64,000 bases of DNA from Dendrobates tinctorius (Eukaryota). Below the pieces are notes generated by a model. That model saw only the letters and a program-made list of their open reading frames with translations. It searched no databases and was not told the DNA's origin. This document shows positions 49,305 to 60,953 of this stretch, piece by piece; within the stretch, counting starts at the first letter, position 1; every line of letters begins with the position of its first letter. The stretch lies in assembly GCF_039654945.1 (NCBI RefSeq), contig NW_027361684.1:29202001-29266000 (forward strand), read 5' to 3'. The position numbers and the translations under genes were made by a program.

Positions 49305-51064
49305 TTAAAACACAATATCTGTTTAATTTTAGCCAAAAAAATTGTGTGGGCTCCCACACAATTTTCCAGTCCAGAGAGGGAAAGCCAGCAACTGAGAACC
49401 GATGTTTATTACCTGGGAAGGGGGTAATACCCATGGATCTTCCCAAGCTATTAATATCAGCACGCAGCTGTCTGCAATTATAATTAATAGCCAGAAAAGG
49501 CTATGCAGACAGCTGCGGGCTGGTTTTCATAGCCTTGGAAGGGACCATGGATATTGCCCCCACCCCCGGGTACAAACACCAGCCGGCAGCCTCCCCAAAA
49601 ACAGCGCATCTGTAAGATGCACCAATTCTGGCGCTAAGCCTCTCTCTTCCCACTGCCATGTAGCTGTGGCATATGGGGTAATAAGGGATTAATGTCACCT
49701 TTGTATTGTAAGGAGACATCAAGCCCGGTTAGTAATAGAGACACATCAATAAGACGCCTGTCCATTACTAATCCTATAGTAGTGAAAGAATTAAATAAAG
49801 ACACACACAGCCGGGAAAAGTATTTTAATATTCTTAATTTTGCCATACTTACAACCACGCCTAATTCCCCAATGCCCTTGATCACCTGCAAAAATAAAAA
49901 ATAAACCAATAGTATACTCCCTGTTCCAACGTAGTCCAATTAATAAAGTGTCCCACGACGATCTCCCTTATAGAGCAGTAACATTGGGTGATGTCACTGC
50001 TCTACAGGGCCCCCCACGATGCACCGACAGGAGATAATGGCTCCTGCAGTGCATCACTGAAGAGGTTACCTGAGTTCAGGCTCTCACTTTACGGCAATGC
50101 TGCGTGGGAATTTTCTCACACTGCACTGCCGGTGAGAGAATGAACTCAGGTGACCCCTCTCCTGGGGGCGGAGGGATACATTGCGGAGGATTACCTCCGC
50201 CTGTCAGTTCATCACGGGAGCCCCTGTAGAACACTGACATCACCCGATGTCAGTGTTCTACACGGGAGATCGTCGTGGGACACCGTTATTAACTGGACTA
50301 CGGTGGATAGGTCAGTTTATTATTTTTATTACAGGAAATCAAGGGCTTCGGGGACTAGGTGAGTATGTACTCTGTTATATGTACTGTCTAATGTATGTAC
50401 TGTTTTTTTTTCTATTGAACACATGCATTGTCTGATGGAACTACTTTCCCATCAGCGGCAATGCTGTCATTGTGAGCATTCATAGACAGATGGAAGCAGT
50501 ATTCCCATCAGACAATGGCTGCTTACACAGACACGCACACGCAAGGACATACGCAGTCACACGCACACCCCCACATACACGCAGGCCCCCGCACACAGAC
50601 ATGCACAGTCTCCGCCTACACACTTCCCTCCTCCCGATCTGCAGCATTTCTTGCACCCACATCCACAGATCTTTTTTACACTTCTGGTCTTGTGGATGTG
50701 CGTGACTCAATGTCAGTCAATGGGTGCAGAAACGATGCCGATCCTCAAAAGGAATTGACATGCTGCAGGAAAAAAATAGCTTAGTTACTCACCGATAACG
50801 GTGTTTCTCGGAACCCATGACAGCACCACGGAGAGAGGGGGTCCGCCCATCAAGGACAGGAACCTACAGACAAAAGAGCGGCACCTCTCCTCCGCCCCAA
50901 GTTGGTTACAGAGCATCAGAGGGTCTCCCGGTTAGTTAACAACAAAAGTATATACATAACATTACAATTTGTATACTTATAGAGAAGTCTCGTGTCTAAG
51001 AACACACTCTGCACACATTAAATCGTGCTCACCGCACACGTGAAAAAAGGGGGGGAATTAAGAG

Positions 51065-51148
51065 GGTGCTGTCATGGGTTCCGAGAAACACCGTTATCGG
51101 TGAGTAACTAAGCTATTCTCCCTCACCCATAACAGCACCACGGAGAGA
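51065..51148. repeat. DIRS internal complementary region (ICR)
   Basis: First half is complementary to the left terminus (50775-50827), second half to the right terminus (56087-56119); joined at agctatt|ctccc. Confidence 0.9.
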
Positions 51149-51166
51149 ATTTCAGAGATTGGTAGC

Positions 51167-53746
51167 TTAGGGAGGGACCACCGCCTGAAGGACCCTTCTC
51201 CCGAAGGTCAGGTCAGACGTAGAGGCTAGATCTAGGCGATAGTGTTTGAAAAAGGTAGAAGGTGTTGACCAGGTGGCCGCCTTACAGATCTGTTCTATTG
51301 ATACCTCTGATCTTTCTGCCCATGAGGTCGCCATTGCTCTCGTAGAGTGGGCTTTTAGACCCTCCGGGACGGTATTCCCGCTGCATGAGTATGCCAGGGC
51401 AATCGCATCCCTTATCCATCTTGCCAGGGTACCTTTGGACGCCCCGAGCCCCTTACGAGGTCCCTGGAAACACACAAAGAGAAATCCTTCCTTCCTACAT
51501 CCCTTGGTGGCCTCTAGGTAGTGCACTAAGCACCTCTTCACATCTAATGTGTGAAATTTCTCCTCTCCTCTATTCGTAGGGTTTGGGCAGAAGGAAGGAA
51601 GGACTACCTCCTGTGATCTATGGAAGTGTGTTGCTACCTTGGGCAAATATGCAGGGTCAGGTTTCAATATAATTCTATCCTCCATAATTTTAATGAATGG
51701 GGGTAATGCCGATAAGGCTTGTATGTCACTCACTCTGCGAGCCGATGTTAGGGCCACTAGCAATATCGTTTTTAATGATAGGGTCTTTAGTGGAGCTGAC
51801 TGAATAGGCTCGAATGGGGGTCCTGTTAGGGCTGACAACACTAAGTTCAGATCCCATGATGGTACTTTCTGGGTAGCTATTGGTCTAGACCTGGCTGCGG
51901 CCCTCATAAACCGTGATACCCAAGGGTCGCTTGCCACCTCCTGATTATAGAGGGCGCCTAGGGCCGCTACCTGTACCCTCAGTGTGTTAGTCGCTAGTCC
52001 CTGTTCTAACCCCCTTTGGAGGAATTCCAGGATTTTATCCATTTGTATTCCATCCTGAACCTTTGCCCCCGAAATGGATAGGAATTTCCTCCAGGTTCTA
52101 CCATAGGCTTTGATTGTAATTGGTTTTCTACTTTTTTGTAACGTAGAAATTAGATTTTCTGAAAATCCTTTCCACCTCAGCAGTGACCTTTCAAATTCCA
52201 TGCTGTTAAATGGAGGTTCACTGCTTGGGGGTGTAGCACAGGACCCTGCGATAGAAGGTCGGGGAGTTCTGGTAGAACCCAGGGGTCGGTTACTGACATT
52301 ATTCTGAGCCATGAAAACCATGTTCTTTTTGGCCAGAAAGGGGCTATAAGTATTACCCGAGCCCCCTCTTCCCTGACTTTCCTTATCACCGCCGGGAGGA
52401 GAATGGTCGGTGGGAAGGCATACAGTAGTCCCCGTGTCCATGGGAGCATAAATGCGTCCAGGGTCTGAGGATTCCCCTTGGGATTTAGAGAACAGAATGC
52501 TTCCACTTTTTTGTTTTTGTGGTCTGCAAATAAGTCTATGTCTGGGGTTCCCCACATTTCCACAATCTTCTGAAAAACGGACTGATTTAGAGCCCACTCC
52601 CCTTGATGTAGTTGGGTACGGCTCAGAAAGTCTACTGTTTGGTTCTCTACTCCCCGTATGTGTAGCGCCGATAGGGACAGTAAGTTTTCCTCGGCTAACC
52701 TGAATATCTCGGAGGATGCCTCCATTAGCGTTCTGGACCTGGTTCCCCCCTGGTGGTTTATATAGGCCACTGTTACTCGGTTGTCCGAGAATATCCAGAC
52801 ATGATGGCCCTTTAATGCTGGCAAAAAGTGACTCAAGGCATAATTTACTGCTAGCAGTTCTTTTTGATTCGAGGAGGCTTTTAGTTCTTGACTTCTCCAT
52901 CCCCCTTGAGCCACACTGATGCCCATGTGTGCTCCCCATCCCACAGGACTGGCGTCGGTGGTAATTACATGTGTGATCTTGGCCTCCCAGGGGATCCCTT
53001 TGGACAAGTTGTTTTTGTCCTCCCACCAGGCTAGGGAATGAATAGTTTTTGAAACTAGCGTAATATGATGTTCCAAGTGGTCTCCTAAGGCCCGCTGGTT
53101 GGTCAGGATATCCCACTGCAGATCCCTCATGTGTATTTGTGCCCACTTGACCACCGGCAAGCATGCAGAGAGGGACCCTAACAGGGACATTGCTCGTCTT
53201 AGTGTCATAGAAGGGTTTTGCCTCGCTTTTTGTACCATATGGATAATTCTGTCCTTTTTGTGATCTGGCAAGTAACACACTTGGATGTTTGAATCCAGTG
53301 TCAGGCCTAGGAACTCCTGGACTCTCCTTGGCTCCAGCCTTGACTTTTTCAGGTTCAGAAGCCACCCGAGGTTTTTTAGAGTGCTCATCACTCTGTCCCT
53401 CTGTTCTGTGCATTTCTGGCCTGAGTTGCTCGCTATTAAAAAGTCGTCCAAATAAGGCACTATCAGAACATCCTGTTCTCTTATGTGAGCCATCATCTCT
53501 GCCACCAATTTCGTAAAGACCCGTGGAGCCACTGAGATCCCAAATGGCAGGGCCTTGTATTGGAATTCTCTTATTTCTCCTGCTATCGAGACTGCTAGCC
53601 TGAGGTATTGCATGGATTCTTTGTGAATGGGGACATGGTAGTAGGCATCGCTGAGGTCTAAGACCACCATAAAGCATTGCGGAAAGAGAATTTTGATGGT
53701 CGATTTGATCGATTCCATCTTGAATTTTTCGTTCTTGATATAGCAA
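51167..53746 (-). CDS. DIRS tyrosine recombinase ORF (YR domain from Met ~52201; upstream part overlaps RT in another frame)
   Basis: TSARRVSDIQAL, HSTRAMATSWA, AATWSTPSTFFKHY: complete R-H-R-W-Y catalytic set. Confidence 0.9.
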   Translation of the reverse strand: MLYQERKIQDGIDQIDHQNSLSAMLYGGLRPQRCLLPCPHSQRIHAIPQASSLDSRRNKRIPIQGPAIWDLSGSTGLYEIGGRDDGSHKRTGCSDSALFGRLFNSEQLRPEMHRTEGQSDEHSKKPRVASEPEKVKAGAKESPGVPRPDTGFKHPSVLLARSQKGQNYPYGTKSEAKPFYDTKTSNVPVRVPLCMLAGGQVGTNTHEGSAVGYPDQPAGLRRPLGTSYYASFKNYSFPSLVGGQKQLVQRDPLGGQDHTCNYHRRQSCGMGSTHGHQCGSRGMEKSRTKSLLESKRTASSKLCLESLFASIKGPSCLDILGQPSNSGLYKPPGGNQVQNANGGILRDIQVSRGKLTVPIGATHTGSREPNSRLSEPYPTTSRGVGSKSVRFSEDCGNVGNPRHRLICRPQKQKSGSILFSKSQGESSDPGRIYAPMDTGTTVCLPTDHSPPGGDKESQGRGGSGNTYSPFLAKKNMVFMAQNNVSNRPLGSTRTPRPSIAGSCATPPSSEPPFNSMEFERSLLRWKGFSENLISTLQKSRKPITIKAYGRTWRKFLSISGAKVQDGIQMDKILEFLQRGLEQGLATNTLRVQVAALGALYNQEVASDPWVSRFMRAAARSRPIATQKVPSWDLNLVLSALTGPPFEPIQSAPLKTLSLKTILLVALTSARRVSDIQALSALPPFIKIMEDRIILKPDPAYLPKVATHFHRSQEVVLPSFCPNPTNRGEEKFHTLDVKRCLVHYLEATKGCRKEGFLFVCFQGPRKGLGASKGTLARWIRDAIALAYSCSGNTVPEGLKAHSTRAMATSWAERSEVSIEQICKAATWSTPSTFFKHYRLDLASTSDLTFGRRVLQAVVPP

Positions 53747-54060
53747 TTCAGTCTTTTTAAATTTATGATGGTGCGGAAGGTGCCGTCTGGTTTGGTTACC
53801 AGGAAGAGAGGCGAGTAGAACCCCCTGCCTCTCTCCTGTGGGGGAACCTCCTGTAGGACTTTTTTGTCCAACATACTCAGGACCTCCTTTTCGAGGGCGT
53901 CCTGTTCGCTTTTTGACGACCTTATCGGGGTAATTATATATTTTTGCGGCGGGAGAGAATAAAAGTTTATCCTTAATCCTGATCTTACAAGATTTATCAG
54001 CCAGGGATTGTTGGATATTTTCTCCCAGGCTGGGAGGAAAAAACTTAGTCTCCCTCCCAC
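52177..54060 (-). CDS. DIRS reverse transcriptase, RNase H and methyltransferase-like domain
   Basis: GFYSPLFLV.KPDG, LDLSDAYYHVPI, LPFG, YLDD; TTDAS..GWGA, ELLAV, SDN; DLFA...YAFPP...APFWP; 627 codons with no stop. Confidence 0.93.
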   Translation of the reverse strand: MGGRLSFFLPAWEKISNNPWLINLVRSGLRINFYSLPPQKYIITPIRSSKSEQDALEKEVLSMLDKKVLQEVPPQERGRGFYSPLFLVTKPDGTFRTIINLKRLNCYIKNEKFKMESIKSTIKILFPQCFMVVLDLSDAYYHVPIHKESMQYLRLAVSIAGEIREFQYKALPFGISVAPRVFTKLVAEMMAHIREQDVLIVPYLDDFLIASNSGQKCTEQRDRVMSTLKNLGWLLNLKKSRLEPRRVQEFLGLTLDSNIQVCYLPDHKKDRIIHMVQKARQNPSMTLRRAMSLLGSLSACLPVVKWAQIHMRDLQWDILTNQRALGDHLEHHITLVSKTIHSLAWWEDKNNLSKGIPWEAKITHVITTDASPVGWGAHMGISVAQGGWRSQELKASSNQKELLAVNYALSHFLPALKGHHVWIFSDNRVTVAYINHQGGTRSRTLMEASSEIFRLAEENLLSLSALHIRGVENQTVDFLSRTQLHQGEWALNQSVFQKIVEMWGTPDIDLFADHKNKKVEAFCSLNPKGNPQTLDAFMLPWTRGLLYAFPPTILLPAVIRKVREEGARVILIAPFWPKRTWFSWLRIMSVTDPWVLPELPDLLSQGPVLHPQAVNLHLTAWNLKGHC

Positions 54061-54073
54061 CCTGGGCCCACAG

Positions 54074-55583
54074 TCACTTGGCGGGTTTTTTATCCCGGGA
54101 CGAGTTACCGAAGATGAACCCCCTGTCCCTTCTTCTGTCTTCCCATTTTTGGTCTCTTGGGGGTCTCCTCTGAAAGAACTTTTTGTTCCGAAAGGACCGT
54201 TTAAAGCCTGTGGCGCTCACTGGTCCTAGGTTTGGGAAGCCTTTCTTTTTGTCGCCTGCCTTTTCGAGGATGTCATCCAAGGTTTCCCCGAAGAGGAATT
54301 TTCCTTCACAGGGAATGGCGCATAACCTCATTTTTGTCTGGAGATCCCCAGGCCAACATTTTAACCATAAAGCTCTTCTAGCTGCATTCGACAAGGCTGC
54401 CGTTTTAGATGACAATCTTATCGAATCAGCCGAAGAGTCGGCCAGGAAGGCTGCCGCCCCTCTTATCATTGGCATGGATTCCAGGATTTTATCTCTGGGA
54501 ACCCCTTCCCTTATCTGTCTCTCCAATTGGTCTATCCATACCATAAGAGCTCTGGAGGTGCAGGTTGCCGCTACCGCCGGCCTGATGTTTCCCCCTGCTG
54601 ATTCCCAGGTGCCCTTAAGTAGGGTATCCGCTTTTTTATCTAACGCGTCTTTCAGGGTACCCATATCTTCAAAGGGGAGAGCAAACCTTCTCGAAGCTTT
54701 GGCTACCGCCACGTCTAGTTTGGGGGCCTTATCCCACGATGTGGATGCCTCCTCATCAAATGGGTACTTTCTTTTGATGGAAGGAACCGTAGAGCTTTTC
54801 CTATCCGGTTTTTCCCATTCTTTATCTATTAGGCCTTGGACGTTCTTGTTTAACGGAAATACCCTCCGTTTCTTTTGACCCAGTCCCCCGAACATAATGT
54901 CCTGGACTGATCTATCAGTCCGGGGGTGTTCCATCCCCATAGTGGATCTTACCGCCTTTACTAAGGCATCCGCTTCGTCCAGGGGGAAACAATGACGACC
55001 TTCCGTCTCCTCTTCGGAGGATGACGAGTCGGTATTTACAGTATGGGAGGTGACTGCCCCTGACGATAAGCTCTCTGATTGGGACTCTATTACCACGTCC
55101 CCCTTCCTTCCTTTCCCGTTTTTTGGATGAAAGGGCACTCTGAATTTCTGCGCGGATTACCGCCCTTAGGTCTGCGGCATGATCCGGGGTTTCACCGCCG
55201 AGGACCTCCTGTATACAGGAGTCACACAATTTTTTCTCCCAGGGCGTTGGTAATGGCTTCTTACAGGTGGGGCATTCCCTGTTCTTGGTTTTTTCTTTCT
55301 TCTTTCCCTGATAAGGGAAAGAAGTCTATTACAATGGGGAACATTCACGAAGATCCACTTACCCCTCATGCGCGGTTGCAGGTACCGGTTCTGGAAGTGG
55401 ATCCAAATCCCTCACTGGGCGATCCACGGCAGGTGACTTGCTCCTTGCAGTTGAATGTTGCGTGGAGTGGCTACTGGACCGGCTCCCCCGTCCGTCTTTA
55501 TCCTTTTGGCGGTGCTGGTGATGCTGGCTATGTTGTTGCTGCTGCTTAGGCTGCTGTAGCTCCTCATGCTGGTCGCTATCCAT
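54074..55583 (-). CDS. DIRS gag-like ORF1 (interrupted by an intron-like segment and a frameshift)
   Basis: Met 55583 low-complexity leader; CPTC..LCDSC zinc-finger-like part; main ORF 55138-54074 with EWEKPD, PKLDVAV, LKDALDKK, ARRALWLKCW, LFGETLD typical of vertebrate DIRS gag. Confidence 0.75.
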
Positions 55584-56803
55584 CGCGCCTGAACGCTTCC
55601 AGCCCTGAGGCTGCTTCAGCGTTCCAAATTTGAATAAGCCGCCCTGGCGTCACCTGTCTTCCCGGCCTGCACCGCTGCTTCCCCCGGGGAGTGCGCACTG
55701 CGCATGTGCCGACCGCGGGGACCCGGAAGTTCCTCCTTCTACTTCCGGGGCAGCGCCATCTTGGTACACCTCTGTACCCGGCGCTGCCCCTATACCGGCG
55801 TCCCCTGGCCCCTACTCCTCCCGGAGCGGCGGCCCGGTCCTCCCCGCCCGCTCACCCTGGACAGCCCCTCAGCTGCAGTGGTGGCGGCTTCGGCAACCGA
55901 CCCCACCGCGACAGGGGCCTCCCCGCTGTCTGACCGCGGACGGGACGGTCCCGGATCTTCACCTTCCGGTAAGCGCTGAGCTCCTGCTGCCGTGGTTCAC
56001 CCGTCAAGGACAGGAACCCAACTGGGGGCGGAGGAGAGGTGCCGCTCTTTTGTCTGTAGGTTCCTGTCCTTGATGGGCGGACCCCCTCTCTCCGTGGTGC
56101 TGTCATGGGTGAGGGAGAAAAACGCTGCAAATCTGCGCAGATTTTTATGCAGCATGTGCACACCAGTTCTTAAATTCACATTGAGTAACATTGGCTGTGT
56201 ACTACACTGCAGATTTGATGCAATTCCCTGAGTCCAAAAACGCTGCAGAAACGCATCTAAATCTGCAACGTGTGCACATGCCTAAGGCCTAAGCCTTTCC
56301 GCACAGAAATGGACGAAAAACGCTATGCCAGCTAAATCAATGACAATCCTGGAGTGTTGTGCACATGATCAGTAATTTTCCTCGAGTAATTGTAGTGTTT
56401 TTTTTCTGCAGTATGTCAATTCTTTGTGTGGATTTTTAGCTTTTTTCACCCTTTGACTTCAATTGAGTCAGTCAAATCTGCAGCAAAAACGAAAGTATAA
56501 AAATGTTTGTGGATTTGTTGGGTTTTTACGGGCTTCATAAGGTGTTTCCCACGCTGTTATCTGACAGTCAGAGCACTGCGGGGTCACACTGAGATGTCAG
56601 CGTGTCCACATAGCTGTGATTCGCGGTAAAAAGCTTACCACAGGTCGGCAGGCGTCGGCTTATGAAAGACTACTACTACTAATAAAAAAAACTGGACACG
56701 TAGGTCACAGCAAACAGGAGATCGCCTTGTTGGCTGCTGGGCATGCCTGCATAGGCCAAATTATGTGCTGAGCATTTCAATTTTTTTTTCTTATTATCTA
56801 GAG

Positions 56804-57799
56804 CAAGGGTCCCCAACCACCGGTCCGCGGCCCAGCACCGGGCCGTTGCAGTGCCCTTGCCGGTCCGCAGACACAAGGGGAGCCGGCGGCGGTGCAGCAG
56901 CTGATACTCACCTAGCAGTCCCTGTCGGCGCGGCGGCTTCATCCAGCGCTGAGCGGTCAAGTGTACCGCTCATTTAAGGTCATGAATATGGACGCCACTC
57001 ATCTCCCATAGGCGTGGCGTCCATATTCATAGACCTTAATGAGCGGTAGCACGTGAACGCTCCGCACAGGAGCTGAAGCGCCGCGAGATGCAGGGAGGGA
57101 AGTTCAGCGGAAGGAAGGTCAGCGATGTGAGGGTAAGTATGATGGGGGAGCTTAGCGGAGTCATATATACAAGGAAGAGAGAGTGGGAGCGGAGCCATAT
57201 ATACAAGGGAGGGAGGGTGGGAGCGGAGCCATATATACCAGTGAGGGAGAGTGGAAGCGGAGCCATATATACCAGTGAGGGAGAGTGGAAGCAGAGCCAT
57301 ATATACAAGGGAGGGAGGGTGGGAGCAGAGCCATGTATACAAGGATGGGACAGGGGAGCCATGCATACAACAGGGGAAGCCACACAGAGCTGGACAGGAC
57401 GGGGGGAGCCACACATACATTTTCTGATGATTAGAAAATAATCAGCGTGTACAGTACTCCAGTACAATCTTTCTTAAGTGCTCAATGCTCCATTTCCTTG
57501 TAGGTTCCAATCATCATTAGCAGTGACGGTCATCAGTAGAAGTAGCCCAGTGCTCACACAAACAGAGAAACAAGCCAGGTGCTCCCACTAATTCAAAACC
57601 TACGGGGAGTTGAGTCACATTATAAATGTTATAATTAAATGATAAGTATGCACTGCTAAACTACAACCCCGTCCATAGCCCCAACCCCTTATGACCAAAG
57701 CCCCGCCCCTGTCACACCTCCATCCCCGCCCTGCCGGGCCATGGAAGAATGATCTTGCTTGAAGCCGGTCCCTGGTGCAAAAAAGGTTGGGGACCACTG
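56804..57799. mobile_element. hAT (Charlie-type) MITE with internal minisatellite
   Basis: 8-bp TSD ATCTAGAG; TIRs caagggtccccaacc / ggttggggaccactg; ~36-bp gagccatatatac repeats at 57160-57400. Confidence 0.88.
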
Positions 57800-57871
57800 A
57801 TCTAGAGCAGTAATGCTATTCATATTTAGATGCTTTAGCACTACAGAGTGCAACTTTATTATATATAGAGA

Positions 57872-59841
57872 CAGGGGCAGACAGACTGTAGTGGGCCCCT
57901 GTGCAAGAAGTTTTTCGGGCCCCCCCCCTACTAGCAGCAGATCCGGCAGACTTCCGCATCTCTGCCGCCTAACGGGCGACTTGTGGCACCGATCCAGCAA
58001 GCCCCATTCATTCTCTATCGGGCTTGTGGACGGTCGCGGCAAGTGCAGTTGTGCTAGATCCACGTTACATGGTGCCACTAAAATATACAGCGGATATGCT
58101 GCGTTTTTTAGAGCGGGAAAACCTACACAATGTCAATTTTTGCTAAGGATTTTCCCACCGTAAATGTACTGTATATCTAATATCGAGGCTATGCAGGGCT
58201 GGATATAATATCTGTAGGGTGCTGATGGGCTGTATTTATTATTTGCCAGCTGCAGCCTCCAAATAACATATATAGCCCACTAGCCCAGCATTGCCTCTAG
58301 TTATTAATATATACAGCCCAGCACAGCCTCCAAATAAAATATGGTATACAGCCCAACATAGCCTTCAGTTAATATATACAGCCCGGCACAGCATCTAAAT
58401 AACATATACAGTCCAGCACAGCCTTCAGGTAATATATACAGCCCACCACAGCCTCCAGTTAATATATACAGCCCAGAACAGACTCCAGCTAATATATATA
58501 GTACAGCAACAGCCTTCAGGTAATATATACAGCGCCCAGCACAGACTCCAGGTAATATATAATACAGCCCATCAAAGCCTCCAGTTAATATATACAGTTC
58601 TGCATAGCTTTAAGGTAATAGATACAGTCCAGCATAGCCTTCAGGTAATATATACAGCCCAGCATAGCCTCTAAATATATATAGCCCAAGACAGCCTCCA
58701 GGTAATATGTATAGGCACCCCCGTTTCCCTTTGTTTCATAATGCTCTCCCCCAAATGCAGTCTACTTTTGGCATAGTGCTTCTTGCCTTATGTGGCACCC
58801 CCAGTTTATGCTGCTTCTCCTCATGTGGCCCACCTGATTCAGGTTTCTTCTCCCCTCATGTGCCGCCCCATTCATGAGCAGCCAAGGCCATGCTTCTCCA
58901 CAGGCCAGGGGCCCCCCCATTCATGAGCAGGCAGGCCATGCTTCTCCCCAGGCCAGACCCCCCTATTCATGAGCAGCCAAGCATCTCCCCCAGGGCCCCC
59001 CATTCATGAGCAGCCATGCGTCTCCCCAGGGGCCACCCATTCATGAGCAGCCGATGCCATGCTTTTCCCCAGGCCAGGGCCCCCCCCCTATTCATGAGCA
59101 GCCAATGCCATGCTTCTCTCCAGGCCAGGCCCCCCCATTCATGAGCAGCCATGCTTCTCCCCAGGGGTCCCCCCATTCATGAGCAGCCAAGGCCATGCTT
59201 CTCCCCAGGCCAGGGCCCCCCATTCATGAGCAGCCAGGCCATGCTTCTCCCAAGGCCAGTGGCCCCCCAATTCATGAGCAGCCAGGCCATGCTTCTCCCA
59301 AGGCCAGTGGCCCCCCCATTCATGAGCAGCCAGGCCATCATGCTTCAGTTCTCTCCCAGGACGGAGTCCCCCAAAATCATGCCTGCCATACTTCAGTTTT
59401 CTCCCCCACCCAAGGAGCTCCCAAAATCATGCCTGCCTCCTCTGTCCCAGTCCCTCAGTCCTGCTCAGCTCCGGTACTCTTACCTTGTGCAGGCAGGCTA
59501 GAGTCCAGACCAAGAGGATCCACACTGTGTACACTCTGCTCTCCAGTCACAGTGTCCGCACATTCCTCCTGACTGAGCTGCTGCTATGGGCAGGGCAGGG
59601 CACGGCCACACAGACTCAGACAGACATGTGATGTCACACAGTGACCTGCGGCTGAACTGCAGCCACCGTCTGACCGGCGCCACAGGGCAGGCAGTGTGAG
59701 TGACAGTCAGTCTGTCTTCCCTCCTCTCCTCCCCCACGGCACTGACGCTGCTGGCTGATCTCCGATGATCTCTCACCTCAGCCCTCAGGGCTGGCTCCTC
59801 TGCACTGGGCTGCGCTGGCATGGGCGGTAGGTCCACCCCTG
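57872..59841. mobile_element. Non-autonomous hAT element with two internal minisatellites
   Basis: 8-bp TSD TATAGAGA; TIRs caggggcagac / gtccacccctg; ~31-bp repeats at 58300-58710 and ~40-50-bp repeats at 58870-59340. Confidence 0.85.
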
Positions 59842-60953
59842 TATAGAGACAGCTTCTAGTTCGCACCTAGTTTTCTGATTTGGAAATGCCAGTCTTTTTA
59901 TTTGGAAAATTAAAATACAGTATTGTGATCTATAGATTTATGTTACATACATTTATTCAATGCACACAACATTGGATGCTTCACTGTAAATCAGGATAAT
60001 ATCAGGAACCCAAATAGTATATTTATATGGGTTACAGATCTCCAGGATGACTTAATATTCTATAAAAAGGTATAATACAGCAGGACATTATCCCTTATTA
60101 TGGATTCTGCAGCTTCTACAGAAACGCTTTATATTGAAATTTAAGTTCTCTGTTCACTATTGATTTAACAACTTCATTAAAAAAAAAAGAAGTCTGCAGC
60201 CCCTGAAGTATGAATTATGATGTTCTGCAGCAGTTTGTACATAGAACTGTATCACACACACTACACTACAGCCACTGGAGACCTGCTTATTTTCTAGGGG
60301 AGAGAGCACTACATGCCAGTCATTAAGTGGACTTCTGTTCGAGTTTGGATACTGAATAAAGTTTTTTGAAAGATTGCAGCGCAGCCAAATCAACAAGCCT
60401 GTAGGCTGTGTGCACTTCCGAAGTCATCACAGCGATGCCATCTTGCATAATTAGGATTAAATGCTGTGTCGTCACAGCACCCAAATCAAACACCTTCTTC
60501 TGGTGCATGCAGGTGACAGGATGTTCTGGATGAAGGGTGAGGCTAGAATATGTGGAGGCTGTTTTACATTGGACAGCTGAGAGTGCCTCCAGTTCATTGG
60601 CATTGTCTTCCATCCGGTCCACTGCTGAAAGCTCAGAAATGGCACCTGCAGACCATATGCATCTGTCTTCCACCTCACTCCCTTGCAACTCATCCAAGTA
60701 GTCTGACTACCAAGTCATGTAGCAGTCACTTCTGCTTTTTGGGAACTACACTGGCTGTTTTTCTGTGGCCATCTACCTGGCCCTGCCCCACATGTGGAAG
60801 AGATTGAGTGCACTGATGTCCAACCACTTATTCTGTTTGAGGATTAGTATGTGCCTTCAAGAGCCTGAAGCAATGAATAAATGTTCTGAACCTGACCACC
60901 ACTTGCATGACGAGGCATCTGAATTCAAAGCACAAGCTACAGCTACCCATCTG

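Larger units (their letters stand above)
50772..56120 (-). mobile_element. Near-intact DIRS1-like tyrosine-recombinase retrotransposon
   Basis: 93-bp ITRs 50813-50905 / 56018-56110 (1 mismatch); internal complementary region 51065-51148; both ends in A/T runs, no clear TSD; gag, RT-RH-MT and YR ORFs. Confidence 0.95.
48841..56282. mobile_element. Non-autonomous Harbinger-like element hosting the DIRS insertion
   Basis: TIRs ggtatgtgcacatgttgcagattt / aaatctgcaacgtgtgcacatgcc next to TAA; empty site tgctgcaggaaaaa-acgctgcaaatc is split by the DIRS. Confidence 0.6.

Noticed and set aside
54183-54878. 231-aa antisense ORF in DIRS gag and similar antisense ORFs in the Gypsy element
   Set aside because: Shadow ORFs of real coding frames with no independent motifs.
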